The notes under the pieces are model-generated. The model had not been told where the DNA came from. It was given only the letters and a program-made list of their open reading frames with translations, and did not search any database. Positions 1 to 13,334 of a DNA stretch of 64,000 nucleotides are shown here, piece after piece. This DNA comes from Mobula hypostoma (Eukaryota). Position 1 is the stretch's first letter, and every line of letters starts with the position of its first letter. Both the position numbers and the translations under genes were made by a program. The stretch spans positions 1,922,001 through 1,986,000 of the forward strand of contig NC_086108.1 of the NCBI RefSeq assembly GCF_963921235.1. Direction: 5' to 3'.

Positions 1-665
1 GTGACCAAAACTGTACACAATACTCCAAATTTGGCCTCACCAATGCCTTATACAATTTCAACATTACATTCCAACTCCTGTTCTCAATGTTCTGATTTAT
101 AAAGGCCAGCATACCAAAAGCTTTCTTCACCACCCTATCCACATGAGATTCCACCTTCAGGGAACTATGCACCATTATTCCTAGATCCCTCTGTTCTACC
201 GCACTCTTCAATGCCCTACCATTTACCATGTATGTCTTATTTTGATTAGTCCTACCAAATTGTAGCACCTCACATTTATCAGCATTAAACTCCATCTGCC
301 ATCTTTCAGCCCACTCTTCTAACTGGCCTAAATCTCTCTGCAAGCTTTGAAAACCTACTTCATTATCCACAGCTCCACCTATCTTAGTATCATCTGCATA
401 CTTACTCATCCAATTTACCACCCCATCATCCAGATCATTAATGTATATGACAAACAACATTGGACCCAGTACAGATCCCTGAGGCACACCACTAGTCACC
501 GGCCTCCAATCTGACAAACAGTTATCCACCACTACTCTCTGGCATCTCCCATCCAGCCACTGCTGAATCCATTTTACTACTTCAATATTAATACCTAACA
601 ATTGAACCTTCCTAACTAACCTTCTGTGTGGAACCTTGTCAAAGGCCTTACTGAAGTCCATATAG
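1..665 (-). mobile_element. CR1-type LINE fragment (RT region), continues at 1293-1350 after a nested insertion
   Basis: Reverse complement encodes CR1 RT motifs (GVPQGSVLGP, ADD, VRPNLEYCVQFWS). The VDVVYMDF codons are split between 651-665 and 1293-1310. Confidence 0.85.
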
Positions 666-1292
666 TCATAGTCATACTTTATTGATCCCGGGAGAAATTG
701 GTTTTCGTTACAGTTGCACCATAAATAATTAAATAGTAATAAAACCATAAATAATTAAATAGTAATATGTAAATTATGCCAGGAAATAAGTCCAGGACCA
801 GCCTATTGGCTCAGGGTGTCTGACCCTCCAAAGGAGGAGTTGTAAAGTTTGATGGCCACAGGCAGGAATGACTTCCTATGACGCTTCGTGTTGCATCCCG
901 GTGGAATGAGTCTCTGGCTGAATGTACTCCTGTGCCCACCCAGTACATTATGTAGTGGATGGGAGACATTGTCCAAGATGGCATGCAACTTGGACAGCAT
1001 CCTCTTTTCAGACACCACCGTGAGAGAGTCCAGTTCCATCCCCACAACATCACTGGCCTTACGAATGAGTTTGTTGATTCTGTTGGTGTCTGCTACCCTC
1101 AGCCTGCTGCCCCAGCACACAACAGCAAACATGATAGCACTGGCCACCACAGACTCATAGAACATCCTCAGCATCGTCCGACAAATGTTAAAGGACCTCA
1201 GTCTCCTCAGGAAATAGAGACGGCTCTGACCCTTCTTGTAGACAGCCTCAGTGCAGACAGACCAGTCCAGTTGATTGTCAATTTGTATGCGT
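666..1292 (-). mobile_element. 5'-truncated Rex1/Babar-type LINE nested in CR1
   Basis: ORF 803-1309 has the Rex C-terminal signature KKGQSRLYFLRRLRSF...FYESVVASAIMFAVVCWG...SFLPVAIKLYN. Short (TATGAC)n tail; ATATAG duplicated at 660-665 and 1293-1298. Confidence 0.8.
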
Positions 1293-1413
1293 ATATAGAC
1301 AACATCCACTGCTTTACCCTCGTCAACTTTCCTAGTAACCTCTTCAAGTTACTTTCCTAGTAACAACATTTAATAGGCACTTAGATGGGCACGTGGACAG
1401 GAAAGGTTTACAG

Positions 1414-2067
1414 CAGGGGTTCCTAACCTTGGGTCTGTGAACTTAGATGAGAAACTACTTACATCTTTATTTTCACTGAAATTTAGCATTTCCTTCAATT
1501 ACGAATGTAGGCAACAAACCACAGTAGTATTGGCTGTACCTGTAGAAAACACCAATAGAAATCACATCACATTACAGTTGTTAAAAATATCAACGTATCA
1601 CTTATGTCAAGCTCAACACTACTTTGAAATTACAGTAGCTATTATTCTCACAGCTAGATCAAACCTGATCACAGTCCTTTGCTCTGCAGATGCATGTTTG
1701 ACGTAGCTGACCAACTATCGGGCAGCCCTGCAACTGGATGTCCAACATGACATGCGTGTTGGTTTGTCAACGGCCACCCCACAATTTAACGTTCTTACTC
1801 AATATAAGCAACAACTTTCTTCACACATTAAAAATAAAGGCTTAAATTTAACCTGCCTATATTTTAAATGTATAGTCTTGTTATTTAATGTGTTAATAAA
1901 GAAGCATATAAATTATTTTTTATTATTTTGGTAACTGTATTTCAATATAACTGGTGTTGCTTGTAATCCAATGTATTCTATTTGATACATTTAAATACAT
2001 TATTCTGAGAAGGGGGTCACCAGACTACCAAAAGGGTCCATGGCATGAAAGAGGTTGGGAACCTCTG
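1414..2067. mobile_element. hAT/Charlie-like non-autonomous DNA transposon
   Basis: Imperfect terminal inverted repeats CAGGGGTTCCTAACCT (1414) and AGGTTGGGAACCTCTG (2052-2067). It interrupts an old CR1 3' end; TSD not recognisable. Confidence 0.6.
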
Positions 2068-2904
2068 ATTCTGAAGGATTTAGGCCAGACATGGAAATAT
2101 CTCAAACGGGAATGTTGGTCAGCATGGGCGAGTTGGGCTGAAGGCCCTGCTTCCAAGCTGCATGAATCTATCGCACCTTTCACCCATCAGTCAGTGATAG
2201 AGGGAACTCAGCAGACAATTCACACACAGCACACTCCCACAAATCACGTTCAGCACGGATACACTTAGCAGATCCTACAGATGCTGGAGCCACTTCACCC
2301 TGAGAAAAAGTCTCTGGCTATCCACAAAATGCTGGAGGAACTCAGCAGGTCAGGCAGCATCTGTGGAGAGGGATAAACAGGCTGAAACCCTTGATCAGGA
2401 CTGGAAAGGAAGGGGGCAGAAGCCGGAGTAAGAAGGTGGCGGTGGTGTGAAGGTAGGAAGGAGGGAAGCTGGTGGGTGGGGAGGGGAGATGAGCTAAGAA
2501 GCTGGAGGGAGAAAGGAGGAGGTGGTAAAGGTTTTGTGGGTAAAAATGCCTTGTTAATGAGAGAGGTCAGAGGAGAAAGGCCAGACTGGTTCAAGGTGAC
2601 AGGAAGGTGACAGTAACTCAAATAACCACATGTTACAACAGTGGTGTGAAGAGGGGCCTCTCTGAACACTCAACATGTCAAACCTTGAAGTGGACGGGCT
2701 ACAGCAGCAGAAGATCACAAAACAACACTCAGTGACAATTTATCAGGTACAAACTGTACCTAATATAATGACCAAGGGGTACAGAACTTAGTGCAGGCCT
2801 TGATGATGTGCTGACCTTCCACCCTACTCTTCCCTCCCACACAACCCTCCATTTTCTATCACCCATGTGCCATCTAATGTATCAGTCTCTCCCACCACCC
2901 CCGG

Positions 2905-5405
2905 AGGGTACCAAAAGTTTCTTCAGATACATAAAGTGTAAAAGAGATGCAAGAGTGGATATCGGACTGCTGGAAAATGATGCTGGAGAGGTAGTAACGG
3001 AAGACAATAAATTGGCAGGTGAACTGAATAAGCATTTTGTCCCCACCTTCACTGTAGAAGACACTGGCAGTATGGTAGAAGTTCCAGGTGTCAGGGCTCA
3101 TGAAGTGTGTGAAACTCTCATAACTAGAGAAAAGGTTCTTGATAAACTGAAAGGTCTGAAGTAGATAAGTCTCCCGGACCAAATGATGTACATCCCAGAG
3201 ATCTGAAAGAGGTGGCTGAAGAGATTGTGGAAGCATTAGTAATGATCTTTCAAACTCCAAGGCAGAGTACAAAGTAAGTGGCAGGATACTTGGTAGTGTG
3301 GAGGAGCAGAGGGATCTGGGGGTACATGTCCACAGATCCCTGAAAGCTGCCTCACAGGTGGATAGGGTAGTTAAGAAAGCTTATGGGGTGTTAGTTTCAT
3401 AAGTCGAGGGATAGAGTTTAAGAGTCGCGATGTAATGATGCAGCTCTATAAAACACTGGTTAGGCCACACTTGGAGTACTGTGTCCAGTCCTGGTCGCCT
3501 CACTGTAGGAAGGATGTGGAAGCATTGGAAAGGGTACAGAGGAGATTTACCAGGATGCTGCCTGGTTTAGAGAGTATGCATTATGATCAGAGATTAAGGG
3601 AGCTAGGGCTTTACTCTTTGGAGAGAAGGAGGATGAGAGGAGACATGATAGAGGTATACAAGATAATAGGAGGAATAGATAGAGTGGATAGCCAGCGCCT
3701 CTTCCCACTGCTCAATACAAGAGGACATGGCTTTAAGGTAAGGGGTGGGAAGTTCAAGGGGGATATTAGAGGAAGGTTTTTTACTCAGAGAGTGGTTGGT
3801 GCGTGGAATGCACTGCCTGAGTCAGTGGTGGAGGCAGATACACTAGTGAAGTTTAAGAGATTACTAGACAGGTATATGGAGGAATTTAAGGTGGGGGGTA
3901 CATGGGAGGCAGGGTTTAAGGGTTGGTACAACATTGTGGGCTGAAGGGCCTGTACTGTGCTGTACTATTCTATGGTTCTATGGTTCAAGAATCACTAGAT
4001 TGATAATGGTTCCGGAATACTGGAAAATTGCAACTGTCACTCCAATCTTCAAGAAGGCAGAGAGGCAGAAGAAAGGAAATTATAGGCCAGTTAGTCTGAC
4101 CTCAGTGGTTGGGAAGATGTTGGAGAATATTATTAAGTATGGGTTCTCAGGGTACTTGGAGACACATGGTAAAATAGGCCGTAGTCAGCATGGTTTCCTC
4201 AAGAGAAATCTTGCCTGACAAATCTGTGGAAATTCTTTCAAAAAGTAACAAGCAGAATAGACAAAGGAGAATCAGTGGATGTTGTGTACTTGGGTTTTCA
4301 GAAGGCCTCTGACAAGGTGCCACACATGAGGCTGCCCAACAAGCTGTGAGCCTGTGGTATTACAGGAAAGATTCTAGCCTGGATAAAGGAGTGGCTGATT
4401 GGCAGGAGGCAAAGAGAGGGATTAAAGGGAGCTTTCTCTGGCAGGCTGCCAGTAACTAGTGGTATTCCACAAGGGTCTGTGTTGGGACAGATTCTTTTTA
4501 CAATATATGTCAATGATTAGGATGATGGAATTGATGGCTTTGTGGCAAAACTTGCAGATGATATGAAGATAGATGGAAGGGCAGGTAGATCTGAGGAAGT
4601 GGAGAAGGATTTAGACAGATTAGGAGAATGGGCAAAGAGGTGGCAGTGGCAGGAAATGTATGGCCATGTATTTTCGTAGAAGAAGTAAAAGCCTAGACTA
4701 TTTTCTAAATGGCGATAAAATTTAAAAATATGAGGTGTCCTCATGCAGGATTCCCTAAAGGTCAAACTGCAGGGTGAGTTGTTGGGGAGGAAGGCAAATG
4801 CAATGTTAGCATTCATTTTGAGAGGACTAAAATATAAAAGCAAGGAGTAATGTTGAGGCTTTATAAAGCACTGATGAGGCCTCACTTAGAGTGTTGTGAG
4901 CAGTTTTGGGCCCCTTATCAAAGAAAAGATGTGCTGACATTGGAGAGGGTCCAGAGAAGGTTCACGAAAATGATTCTGGGATTGAAAGGCTTATCATATG
5001 AGGAGTGTTTGATGGCTCTGGGCCTGTACACATTGGAACTTAGACGAATGAGGGGGGTGGGCTCAATAGAGTGGATGTGGAGAGGAGGTTTCTTATGGTG
5101 GAGGATTCTAAAACCAGAGGGGACAGCCTCAGAATAGAGGGACGTCCATTTAGAATGGAGATGAGGAGGAATTTCTTTAGCCAGAGAGTGGTGAAGCTGA
5201 GGAATTTGATCCCACTGGCGGCTATGGAGGCCAAGTCATTGAGTATACTTAAGGCAGAGGTTGATAGATTCCTGTTTGGTCAGGGTGTGAAGGGTTACGG
5301 GGAGGAGGTAGGATTCTGGAAAGATGGATCAGATCATGGTGAAATGGTGGAGCAGACTTGATGGGCTGAATGGCCAAATTCTGCTGCTATATCTTATGGT
5401 CTCAT
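2905..5405 (+). mobile_element. Degenerate CR1 LINE (ORF2 linker, RT, 3' end)
   Basis: Fragments KSFFRYIKCKR, NYRPVSLTSVVGK, LADD, RPHLECCEQFWAP, RRNFFSQRVV, with many stops and frameshifts. Confidence 0.85.
3254..3983 (+). mobile_element. Younger 5'-truncated CR1 nested in the older CR1
   Basis: ORF 3435-3944 is the CR1 ORF2 C-terminus; (TTCTATGG)n tail; TTCAA at 3249-3253 and 3984-3988, across which the host sequence rejoins. Confidence 0.85.
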
Positions 5406-5874
5406 GAACAATCAAACATATGAATACATAATATAATAAACTGCTGCTGGGAAACCCAGCGCAATGGTCTTCGGGGGCATGAAGCAACAGTGCAGAGTGT
5501 AACAGCTAGATGGTGCATCAGGCAGACCGAGACTGGTGGTGCCCACAGTTAAGGCTGGAGGCTGCGCGGCTTCACACTCACATTGAAATCTAGCACACAG
5601 CTTAACAAGAGTAGCATCTGTGGTGTTAGAAATGCGGGATATAAATTACAATCCAGAGGCAAGAGAGCACTCACTGTGTCTTGTTCATTCATTCATTCTG
5701 TGCTGTGTCGTATGACATGGGCGATCATGACCATGATTGTTCTTGGAAAGTTCTTCTACAGAAATTCTTCTGGGCAGTGTCTTTACAAGGCAAGTGACCG
5801 AGGTCATCATCAATGCTCTTCAGGGATTGCCTGTCTGGCGTCCGTGGTCACATAACCGGGATTTGTGACATTAC

Positions 5875-6119
5875 TTATTGAGATTCGATGTGAGATTGGC
5901 CTTTCCAGCCCTTCGAGTCGCACTAGCCAGCAACCCCCAATTTAATCCCAGCCTAATCACAGGACAATTTATAACGACCAATTGATCTACCAATCTATAC
6001 GTCTTTGGACTGCAGGAAGAAACCAGAGAACCCGGAGGAAACCCACATGGTCACGAGGAGAACGTACAGTCAGTGGCAGGAATTGGACCTCGGTCATCCA
6101 TACAGTAAAGCGTTGTGCA
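5875..6119 (-). mobile_element. HE1/V-SINE-like tRNA-derived SINE
   Basis: Reverse complement resembles the V-SINE core (GTTCTC...GTGGGTTTCCTCCGGGT). Related copies at about 20750-21020(-), 24900-25095(+), 36170-36720(-), 59330-59470(-), 62466-62690(+). Confidence 0.7.
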
Positions 6120-6664
6120 GACTCTTAGTGTGTCTAATGAAATAAGTAATATGGGGGAGTGCTGGGACAATACAGATTCAGACCAGTGTATCTGATTCTG
6201 TTGAACTGTGTCCTTTGTCCTCAGCACAGACATCACTCTGACAACCATGGGTCAACACAGCCTCCTTAAAGAGCAACACACACAGCAGAGGAGGCAACAG
6301 ACTGACACGTCAGAAAAACACGTCAGTCTGTGTTAAAGAGCAAGTCCAATTTACTGTTAGAATGCTGCATTGAAGGTTCAGGATTGTTTCTCATCTGTAG
6401 CGGATACTGGAAAACAGAAAAAACCACTGAGAGGCTGCACAAGAACATTTTGAGTGGAGTCTTAAAAGAACTGTGTCTGTTGCTAAAGCTTTGTGTCCTT
6501 GTGAACATCCTGTGTTTTTCCAATTAAAATTCCTAGTCTGCATAACTAAGAGTTATAGTTCTGGGCAGAATCCCTCATTAAAGTGAAAACACAGGGGCAC
6601 AAATGCGATGAATGTAGACGGATGAGCCACAAATCAAGAAAAAAAAGACATTATGAACTAACTC

Positions 6665-6927
6665 AGACACGAGGAAATCTGCAGATGCTGGAAACTCAAG
6701 CAGCACACACACAATGCTGGTGGAACACAGCAGGCCAGGCAGCATCTCTAGGAAGAGGTACAGTCGACATTTCGGACCAAGACCCTTCGTCAGGACTAAC
6801 TGAAAGAGGAGATAGTAACTCTTCTTTCAGTTAGTCCTGACGAAGGGTCTCAGCCCGAAACGTCGACTGTACCTCTTCCTATGGACGCTGCCTGGCCTGC
6901 TGCATTCCACCAGCATTGTGTGTGTGC
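6665..6927. mobile_element. Penelope-derived fold-back element (two inverted 3' termini), 14-bp TSD
   Basis: Arms are reverse complements centred near 6813 and match the terminus of the PLEs at 17960, 45600-45741 and 46830. TTATGAACTAACTC at 6651-6664 and 6928-6941. Confidence 0.9.
6833..6869 (+). ncRNA. Minimal type I hammerhead ribozyme motif
   Basis: AGTC-CTGACGA-A-GGG TCTCAG CCC-GAAA-CG-TC-GACT: conserved core CUGANGA/GAAA/UH, stem I AGTC:GACT, palindromic ACGT in place of stem III. Confidence 0.7.
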
Positions 6928-7479
6928 TTATGAACTAACTCCTTTGTTCTGCTAAGGACACACAAGTTGCTACGAGATATAAAGACAAGCTTTTCCCTTG
7001 TACCTCAGAGTTCCACACTCGTGGATTGTCTGTGATATCATGCTAAAATAAAAGATTCACTGCTCGCAGTCTGGTATCGAGCTTCATTTTAAAATTCCCT
7101 GACAAAGGGACCCGACTCTCTTTGATGTGTTTCCAAATAATAACTTTCCAAATTGAAAAAGGTTCGTCCTTTATTACAAAAGCAGTAAAGACAAACAATC
7201 TTGTAACGATAACAAAACAATGAAACTAAATTAGCGATGTAATGGTCTAATATTAGTTTGAATAGCATAACTAGGCCTTCTAATAGCATTCCAACTAGCA
7301 ATCTAGTTAATGTTCCAATGAAGTCCCAATTAGCAATCAACAAAAAAATGATCATTTCCCTGACTCACCCCCCCAACTAGACTAACCGACTAAGTATGAA
7401 AACATAATTGCTGTGTGCTCATTTGCTTCTTCCGCGCCCCAACCCACGTGACAGATTACGTAATAAATGCACTACAAAC

Positions 7480-8105
7480 TACAATACAGACAGAAAATAG
7501 GTACATGGTCCTGCATTGTCATTCATCAGTAGACAAGTGTAATGGAGAATGAAATGATTGTTACTCCGGATCTGATACACCATAAAGAAACACAATAAGA
7601 TAAAGAAAATAGTAAAAAAAAAACACAATAAATGTAAGTACGTAACATTATCTTGCAGCATAGACTGACGGTATGTCCATAAAGTGACGCTAGGCACAGG
7701 AGTGTCTGTACATGAGGTGACTGACAGGAAATGATAAAGTAGTGGTGGTTGGGGGTTGGATGGGTGGGTTAGTGGGTGGAGGTGTTGATCAGCCTTACTG
7801 CTTGATGAAAGTCATTGTTTTTGAGTCTGGTGGTCTGGCCCCATGAATTCTACACAGCCTCCTCCCTGTTGGGAGTGGGACAATCAGTCCCTGAACAGGA
7901 TGGGTGGCATCCTTCATGATATTGCTGGCTTTTTTCTGGCACCTTTCTGAATGTATGTCCTTGATAACAGGGAGGCTGGGGCCAGTGATGCATTGGACAG
8001 TTTAACTCTCTGTGGTAGAGCCCTCCTTTCACAGTATTGCAGCTTCCGTACCGCGCAGTGATGCAGCTTGCTAGGATGCTCTCAACTGCGCATCTGTAGA
8101 AGGTC
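7480..8105 (-). mobile_element. Rex1/Babar LINE 3' fragment
   Basis: ORF 7850-8107 TFYRCAVESILASCITARYG, typical of the Rex C-terminal domain. Confidence 0.7.
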
Positions 8106-8122
8106 AATGGTTCAATGCTTCC

Positions 8123-8411
8123 ATTTAATATCAGAGACTGTATCCAGTATACAGCCTGAAATTCTTACTCTTCACGGACAATTTAATATCAGAGACTGTA
8201 TCCAGTATACAGCCTGAAATTCTTACTCCTCACAGACAATTTAATATCAGAGACTGTATCCAGTATATAGCCTGAAATTCTTACTCTTCACGGACAATTT
8301 AATATCAGAGACTGTATATATTATACAGCCTGAAATTCTTATTCTTCACAGACAATTTAATATCAGAGACTGTATACAGTATGCCACCTGAAATTCATCT
8401 CTTCACAGACA
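8123..8411. repeat. 58-bp tandem repeat, 5 copies
   Basis: ATTTAATATCAGAGACTGTA... recurs at 8123, 8181, 8239, 8297, 8355. Confidence 0.95.
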
Positions 8412-9464
8412 TCCACAAAACAGAAAAAAAACAGAGAATGAATGACAGAAAATGTTAGAACCCCAAAGCCCCCTCCCTCCTCCAGTGCACAACAGTAGCA
8501 GAAGCACTGACCTCACCCCCTCCTCCTCCCCTCTTGCTCCAGCAAAAGCATCAGACCCCCCCACCACACGACAACAGCAAAGCCCCCCGAGACCATGATC
8601 TCGAGTCCATCAAAAACTACTGTCTATCCAACACTTCAACATCACAGACAGGCTCTCTCTCTCTCACTAACCTCTGTGAAGTCACCTCTCATCTTCCTGC
8701 AGGGAGAAAGAGAGATCACTCCTGCAACAGCTCGCTGTTTCGATGTTACAATCTGCCGTGCCACTTCCCCGAGTCCCCAGACTCGAGGACCGACAGGCCC
8801 TCACTCACCATCAAGAGAGAGGGAGGGAGAGAGTGATCGCTCCAGTGCAGGGGCTTTCCAAGAGCTGTGGACCCTGCCTGCTATCTCAATGTTTCAATTT
8901 CCCGCAATGCTTCAGTCAACTACATTGGCAAGGAACCGGGTCATCCACGGGGCTGCGCCCCAAAGGCGCACGTCTTCCATCTGCACCTGGAGAGAGCGAA
9001 ACGCCAGGCCACTCAGAGAGTCCCAGAGCCAGAACCATGTTGGAGCTGCAGCTGTAGATCGTGGACTCTGACAGGACCCCAGCCACTCGAAAGCAAAAGA
9101 GAGACACAGGAAGAGAAGAATTTAGTCATCTGGGTCTGTAAAAACTCCTAGAGCCATCTTTAACTCCTCCCATTCCTCCAATACACCACTCGTAAGTATT
9201 GATGTGCTAGTTCAGCTCTCTTTAACCTCCTCAGATACTGAAGCCACTGGTGAGACGATAAGAAAAAGATCTTTCATTTCTACAGTATACTTCATGAATC
9301 TTCAAAGTCCTGATGTGAATATTTTCATACAGACTGTGGATTTCTTCAAGGTGCCCACTACCTCTGTGTTTAAGCTGGATGGTGAGCTCCAATGTAGTAA
9401 TGTGATTATCAGGGTGATACTGACCACGTTATCTGTTACAGTTACAGGCTGAGGGTCCAGAGCT

Positions 9465-10150
9465 TCCCCTCAATATATGAGGATAGGTTGATCGAGCAAG
9501 GGCTTTTTTCTTTGGAGTGCAGGAAGATGAGAGGTGACTTCACAGAGGTGTATGTACAAGGTGATAAGAGGCATAGATCGAGCAGATAGCCAGAGACTTT
9601 TTCCCAGGGTGCCAATAGCTCATATTATGTTAAGTAACTTGCAAAGATCAAACGAATTCTAACAAAGACAGAGGAGTATGAAATGCAAGTCTAACTTCAT
9701 GTTTACTTTAAGCAAGGTACACACGTATCACATGGTTGCATAATGATGTATGCAGCTAACGTATTTATACATACAGTATAACCCACGATGAACAAGAAGG
9801 GTCAGACAACTAATATATATACAAAATTCCTCAAATGTTACAGAAATAATCTCTCACAGCTAATATCAGGGGTGATAATGATAAGGTGATTGGTGGAAAG
9901 TGCGGGGGGGATGTCAGAAATAGTTTTTTTTACACAGAGTGGTTGGTGTGTGGAACACACTGACAGGGTGGTGGTAGAGGGAGATACGTTAGGGACATTT
10001 AAGAGACTCTTGGGTAGGCAAGTAGATGATAGAAATCTGAAGGGCTCTGTGGGAGGGAAGGGTTAGATTGATGTGAGTGTAGGTTATAAGGTCAGCACCA
10101 CATCATGGGCTGAATGGCCTGTACTGCACCCTAGTGTTCTATGTTCTGTG
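9465..10150 (+). mobile_element. Old CR1 3' fragment interrupted by a ~230-bp insertion (about 9627-9857)
   Basis: CR1 3'-end motifs and TGTTCTA-type tail; AGCT(C/A)ATAT repeated either side of the insert. Confidence 0.65.
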
Positions 10151-10539
10151 TTTTACAGTACAGTGCTAATTTCATCCTTTACACAAACACAAGAGATTCT
10201 GCCGAGAGTGGAAAACAAAGGGCTGGAGGAACTCAGCAAGCAAGACAGCATCCATGGAGATGCAAAGGAGTTGACGCTTTGGACCAAGACACTCCATCAG
10301 GATTGGAAAGGAAGGGATCACAAGTTGTAGATTTGCCACTAGGAGTGCTACATCATTTTGTATATTTGGGAAGTACTCTCACACTCCCTTCAACGCCCAC
10401 CTACTGTTTCCCCATCTCCACTGCCTGCTGCACCCATTCATACACTCCTACAAACCAGCCAACAATCTACACTGTCCTTTCCTGTCAGATTCCACTGTCT
10501 GTGGCCCCCGTCACATCCACCTATCACCTCTCAGAATCG

Positions 10540-11210
10540 GTAACTATTCCCACTCTCCCTTCTCCATCAGATCACACCCCCTCACCTGGATCTACCCATC
10601 ACCCCCAGCTATTGTCACTATTGCCACTCTTTCTCCCTCTTTCAATCACTCCTCCTCTCCTGGACCCTCCCATCACCCCTCAGCCTCTGTCACTATTCCT
10701 ATTCTCCATTCTCCACGTGTCTATCACTCCTCCTAACCTGGATCCACCTATCACCTCCCAGACTCACCCTCCCTACCCCATCTGTCAATCAATCGCACTC
10801 TCCTGGATGCACCCATCACCTCTTAGCCCTTGTCACTATTCCCACACTCACTTCTGCGTCCGTATGTCACTTCTCCTCTCCTGTATCCACCCATCAACTT
10901 CCAGCCTCTGGCACTATTCCCACTCTCCCTTCTCCATGTCTCTATCACTCCTCCTCACCTGTATCATCCCACCACCTCCCAGCCTCTGTCACTATTCTTT
11001 GTCGTCCTTCTCCATCTGAGTATCACTCCTCCTCACCATGATCCACCATCTCCTCCCAACCTCTATCTCTATTCCCACTCTCCATTTCCATCTGCCTATC
11101 ACTCCTCCTCACCATGATCCACCATCTCCTCCCAGCCCCTGTCAATATTCCCAATCTCCCTTCTCCATGTCTATCACTGGCCCTCACCTGCATCCACCCA
11201 TCACCTCCTA
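10540..11210. repeat. Degenerate pyrimidine-rich tandem repeat (about 60-bp unit), probably from a PLE 3' region
   Basis: Recurring CTATCACTCCTCCTCACC-TGGATCCACCCATCACCTCCCAGCC...GTCACTATTCC. Confidence 0.6.
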
Positions 11211-11685
11211 CGTGTTGGCCTACTCCTTCTCTTCGCTCCCTTATATGAGCTATCTCCCCTCTACGTCTTCAATATTCGAAGTGCATTTATTATCACTGTA
11301 TACAAGCTTGATGTTCAGCTCCTTACAGGCATCATCTAAACATGGAAACACCATAGAACCCATTAAAATAAATAAGACTATCAAACACCCGATGTACAGA
11401 GAAAAATATATAATTGTACAAACGATACCAGTAACCAGGTATCATTCAGAACTGAAGTTGACAAAAGTAAGGCCACAGCTACCAAGCTAGATACCACTGC
11501 AGCCTGTCCTGGAGCCCGTTAGTTACAGGCCACGGCCTCAGTTCAGCGCAGAGACTAGTAAACCTCACAGTACCGTGAGCTGAACTGGCCCATTCCTCGC
11601 CTCTGGCCCCGTCACCCTGACCTTTTAAATCTAGCCTGGTGCTTAAATCGTTCAAACCTTTGGTCGTTCCGTGCTCTCAGGGCTG

Positions 11686-13206
11686 GACCCCACCGCCTCG
11701 ATTCACCTGTACCCAACCTTTCCAATTCAACATGCTCTGTGGCCTGGACCCTGCCGCCTCGATTCACCTGTACCCAACCTTTCCAATTCAACATGCTCTG
11801 TGGCCTGGACCCTGCTGCCTCGATTCAGCCTGTACCTGACTTTTCCAATTCAACATGCTCTGTGGCCTGGACCCTGCCGCCTCGATTCACCTGTACCCAA
11901 CTTTTCCAATTCAACATGCTCTGTGGCCTGGACCCTGCCGCCTCGATTCACCTGTTACCAACCTTTCCAATTCAACATGCTCTGTGGCCTGGACCCTGCT
12001 GCCTCGATTCAGCCTGTACCTGACTTTTCCAATTCAACATGCTCTGTGGCCTGGACCCTGCCGCCTCGATTCACCTGTTACCAACCTTTCCAATTCAACA
12101 TGCTCTGTGGCCTGGACCCTGCCGCCTCGATTCAGCCTGTACCTGACTTTTCCAATTCAACATGCTCTGTGGCCTGGACCCTGCCGCCTCGATTCACCTG
12201 TACCCAACCTTTCCAATTCAACATGCTCTGTGGCCTGGACCCTGCCGCCTCGATTCACCTGTTACCAACTTTTCCAATTCAACATGCTCTGTGGCCTGGA
12301 CCCTGCCGCCTCGATTCACCTGTACCCAACCTTTCCAATTCAACATGCTCTGTGGCCTGGACCCTGCCGCCTCGATTCAGCCTGTACCTGACTTTTCCAA
12401 TTCAACATGCTCTGTGGCCTGGACCCTGCTGCCTCGATTCAGCCTGTACCTGACTTTTCCAATTCAACATGCTCTGTGGCCTGGACCCTGCCGCCTCGAT
12501 TCACCTGTTACCAACCTTTCCAATTCAACATGCTCTGTGGCCTGGACCCTGCTGCCTCGATTCAGCCTGTACCTGACTTTTCCAATTCAACATGCTCTGT
12601 GGCCTGGACCCTGCTGCCTCGATTCAGCCTGTACCTGACTTTTCCAATTCAACATGCTCTGTGGCCTGGACCCTGCTGCCTCGATTCAGCCTGTACCTGA
12701 CTTTTCCAATTCAACATGCTCTGTGGCCTGGACCCTGCCGCCTCGATTCACCTGTTACCAACCTTTCCAATTCAACATGCTCTGTGGCCTGGACCCTGCT
12801 GCCTCGATTCAGCCTGTACCTGACTTTTCCAATTCAACATGCTCTGTGGCCTGGACCCTGCTGCCTCGATTCAGCCTGTACCTGACTTTTCCAATTCAAC
12901 ATGCTCTGTGGCCTGGACCCTGCCGCCTCGATTCACCTGTTACCAACCTTTCCAATTCAACATGCTCTGTGGCCTGGACCCTGCTGCCTCGATTCAGCCT
13001 GTACCTGACTTTTCCAATTCAACATGCTCTGTGGCCTGGACCCTGCTGCCTCGATTCAGCCTGTACCTGACTTTTCCAATTCAACATGCTCTGTGGCCTG
13101 GACCCTGCCGCCTCGATTCACCTGTTACCAACCTTTCCAATTCAACATGCTCTGTGGCCTGGACCCTGCCGCCTCGATTCAGCCTGTACCTGACTTTTCC
13201 AATTCA
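11686..13206. repeat. 61/62-bp minisatellite, about 25 units, with a higher-order 185-bp period
   Basis: Constant TTCCAATTCAACATGCTCTGTGGCCTGGACCCTG(C/T)GCCTCGATTCA plus three variant segments. Confidence 0.97.
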
Positions 13207-13334
13207 GCCTGGCACTTAAGTCGATGAAACCTCAGGTCTCTGCTCGCTCTTGGGCGCCGCATCACCTCATTTGTTCCACATCAAATTGCCTCCAAGGCCA
13301 AAGCAGCAATGACCAAACACTGCAACACAATAAA

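Noticed and set aside
10141..11490. Pro/Ser-rich ORFs (292 aa, 150 aa)
   Set aside because: Low-complexity degenerate repeat with no domain or splice support.
11686..13206. CRISPR-like array, or protein-coding ORFs across the repeat
   Set aside because: The variable segments are three near-identical variants rather than unique spacers, there are no cas genes, and the context is vertebrate. The ORFs are by-products of the repeat.
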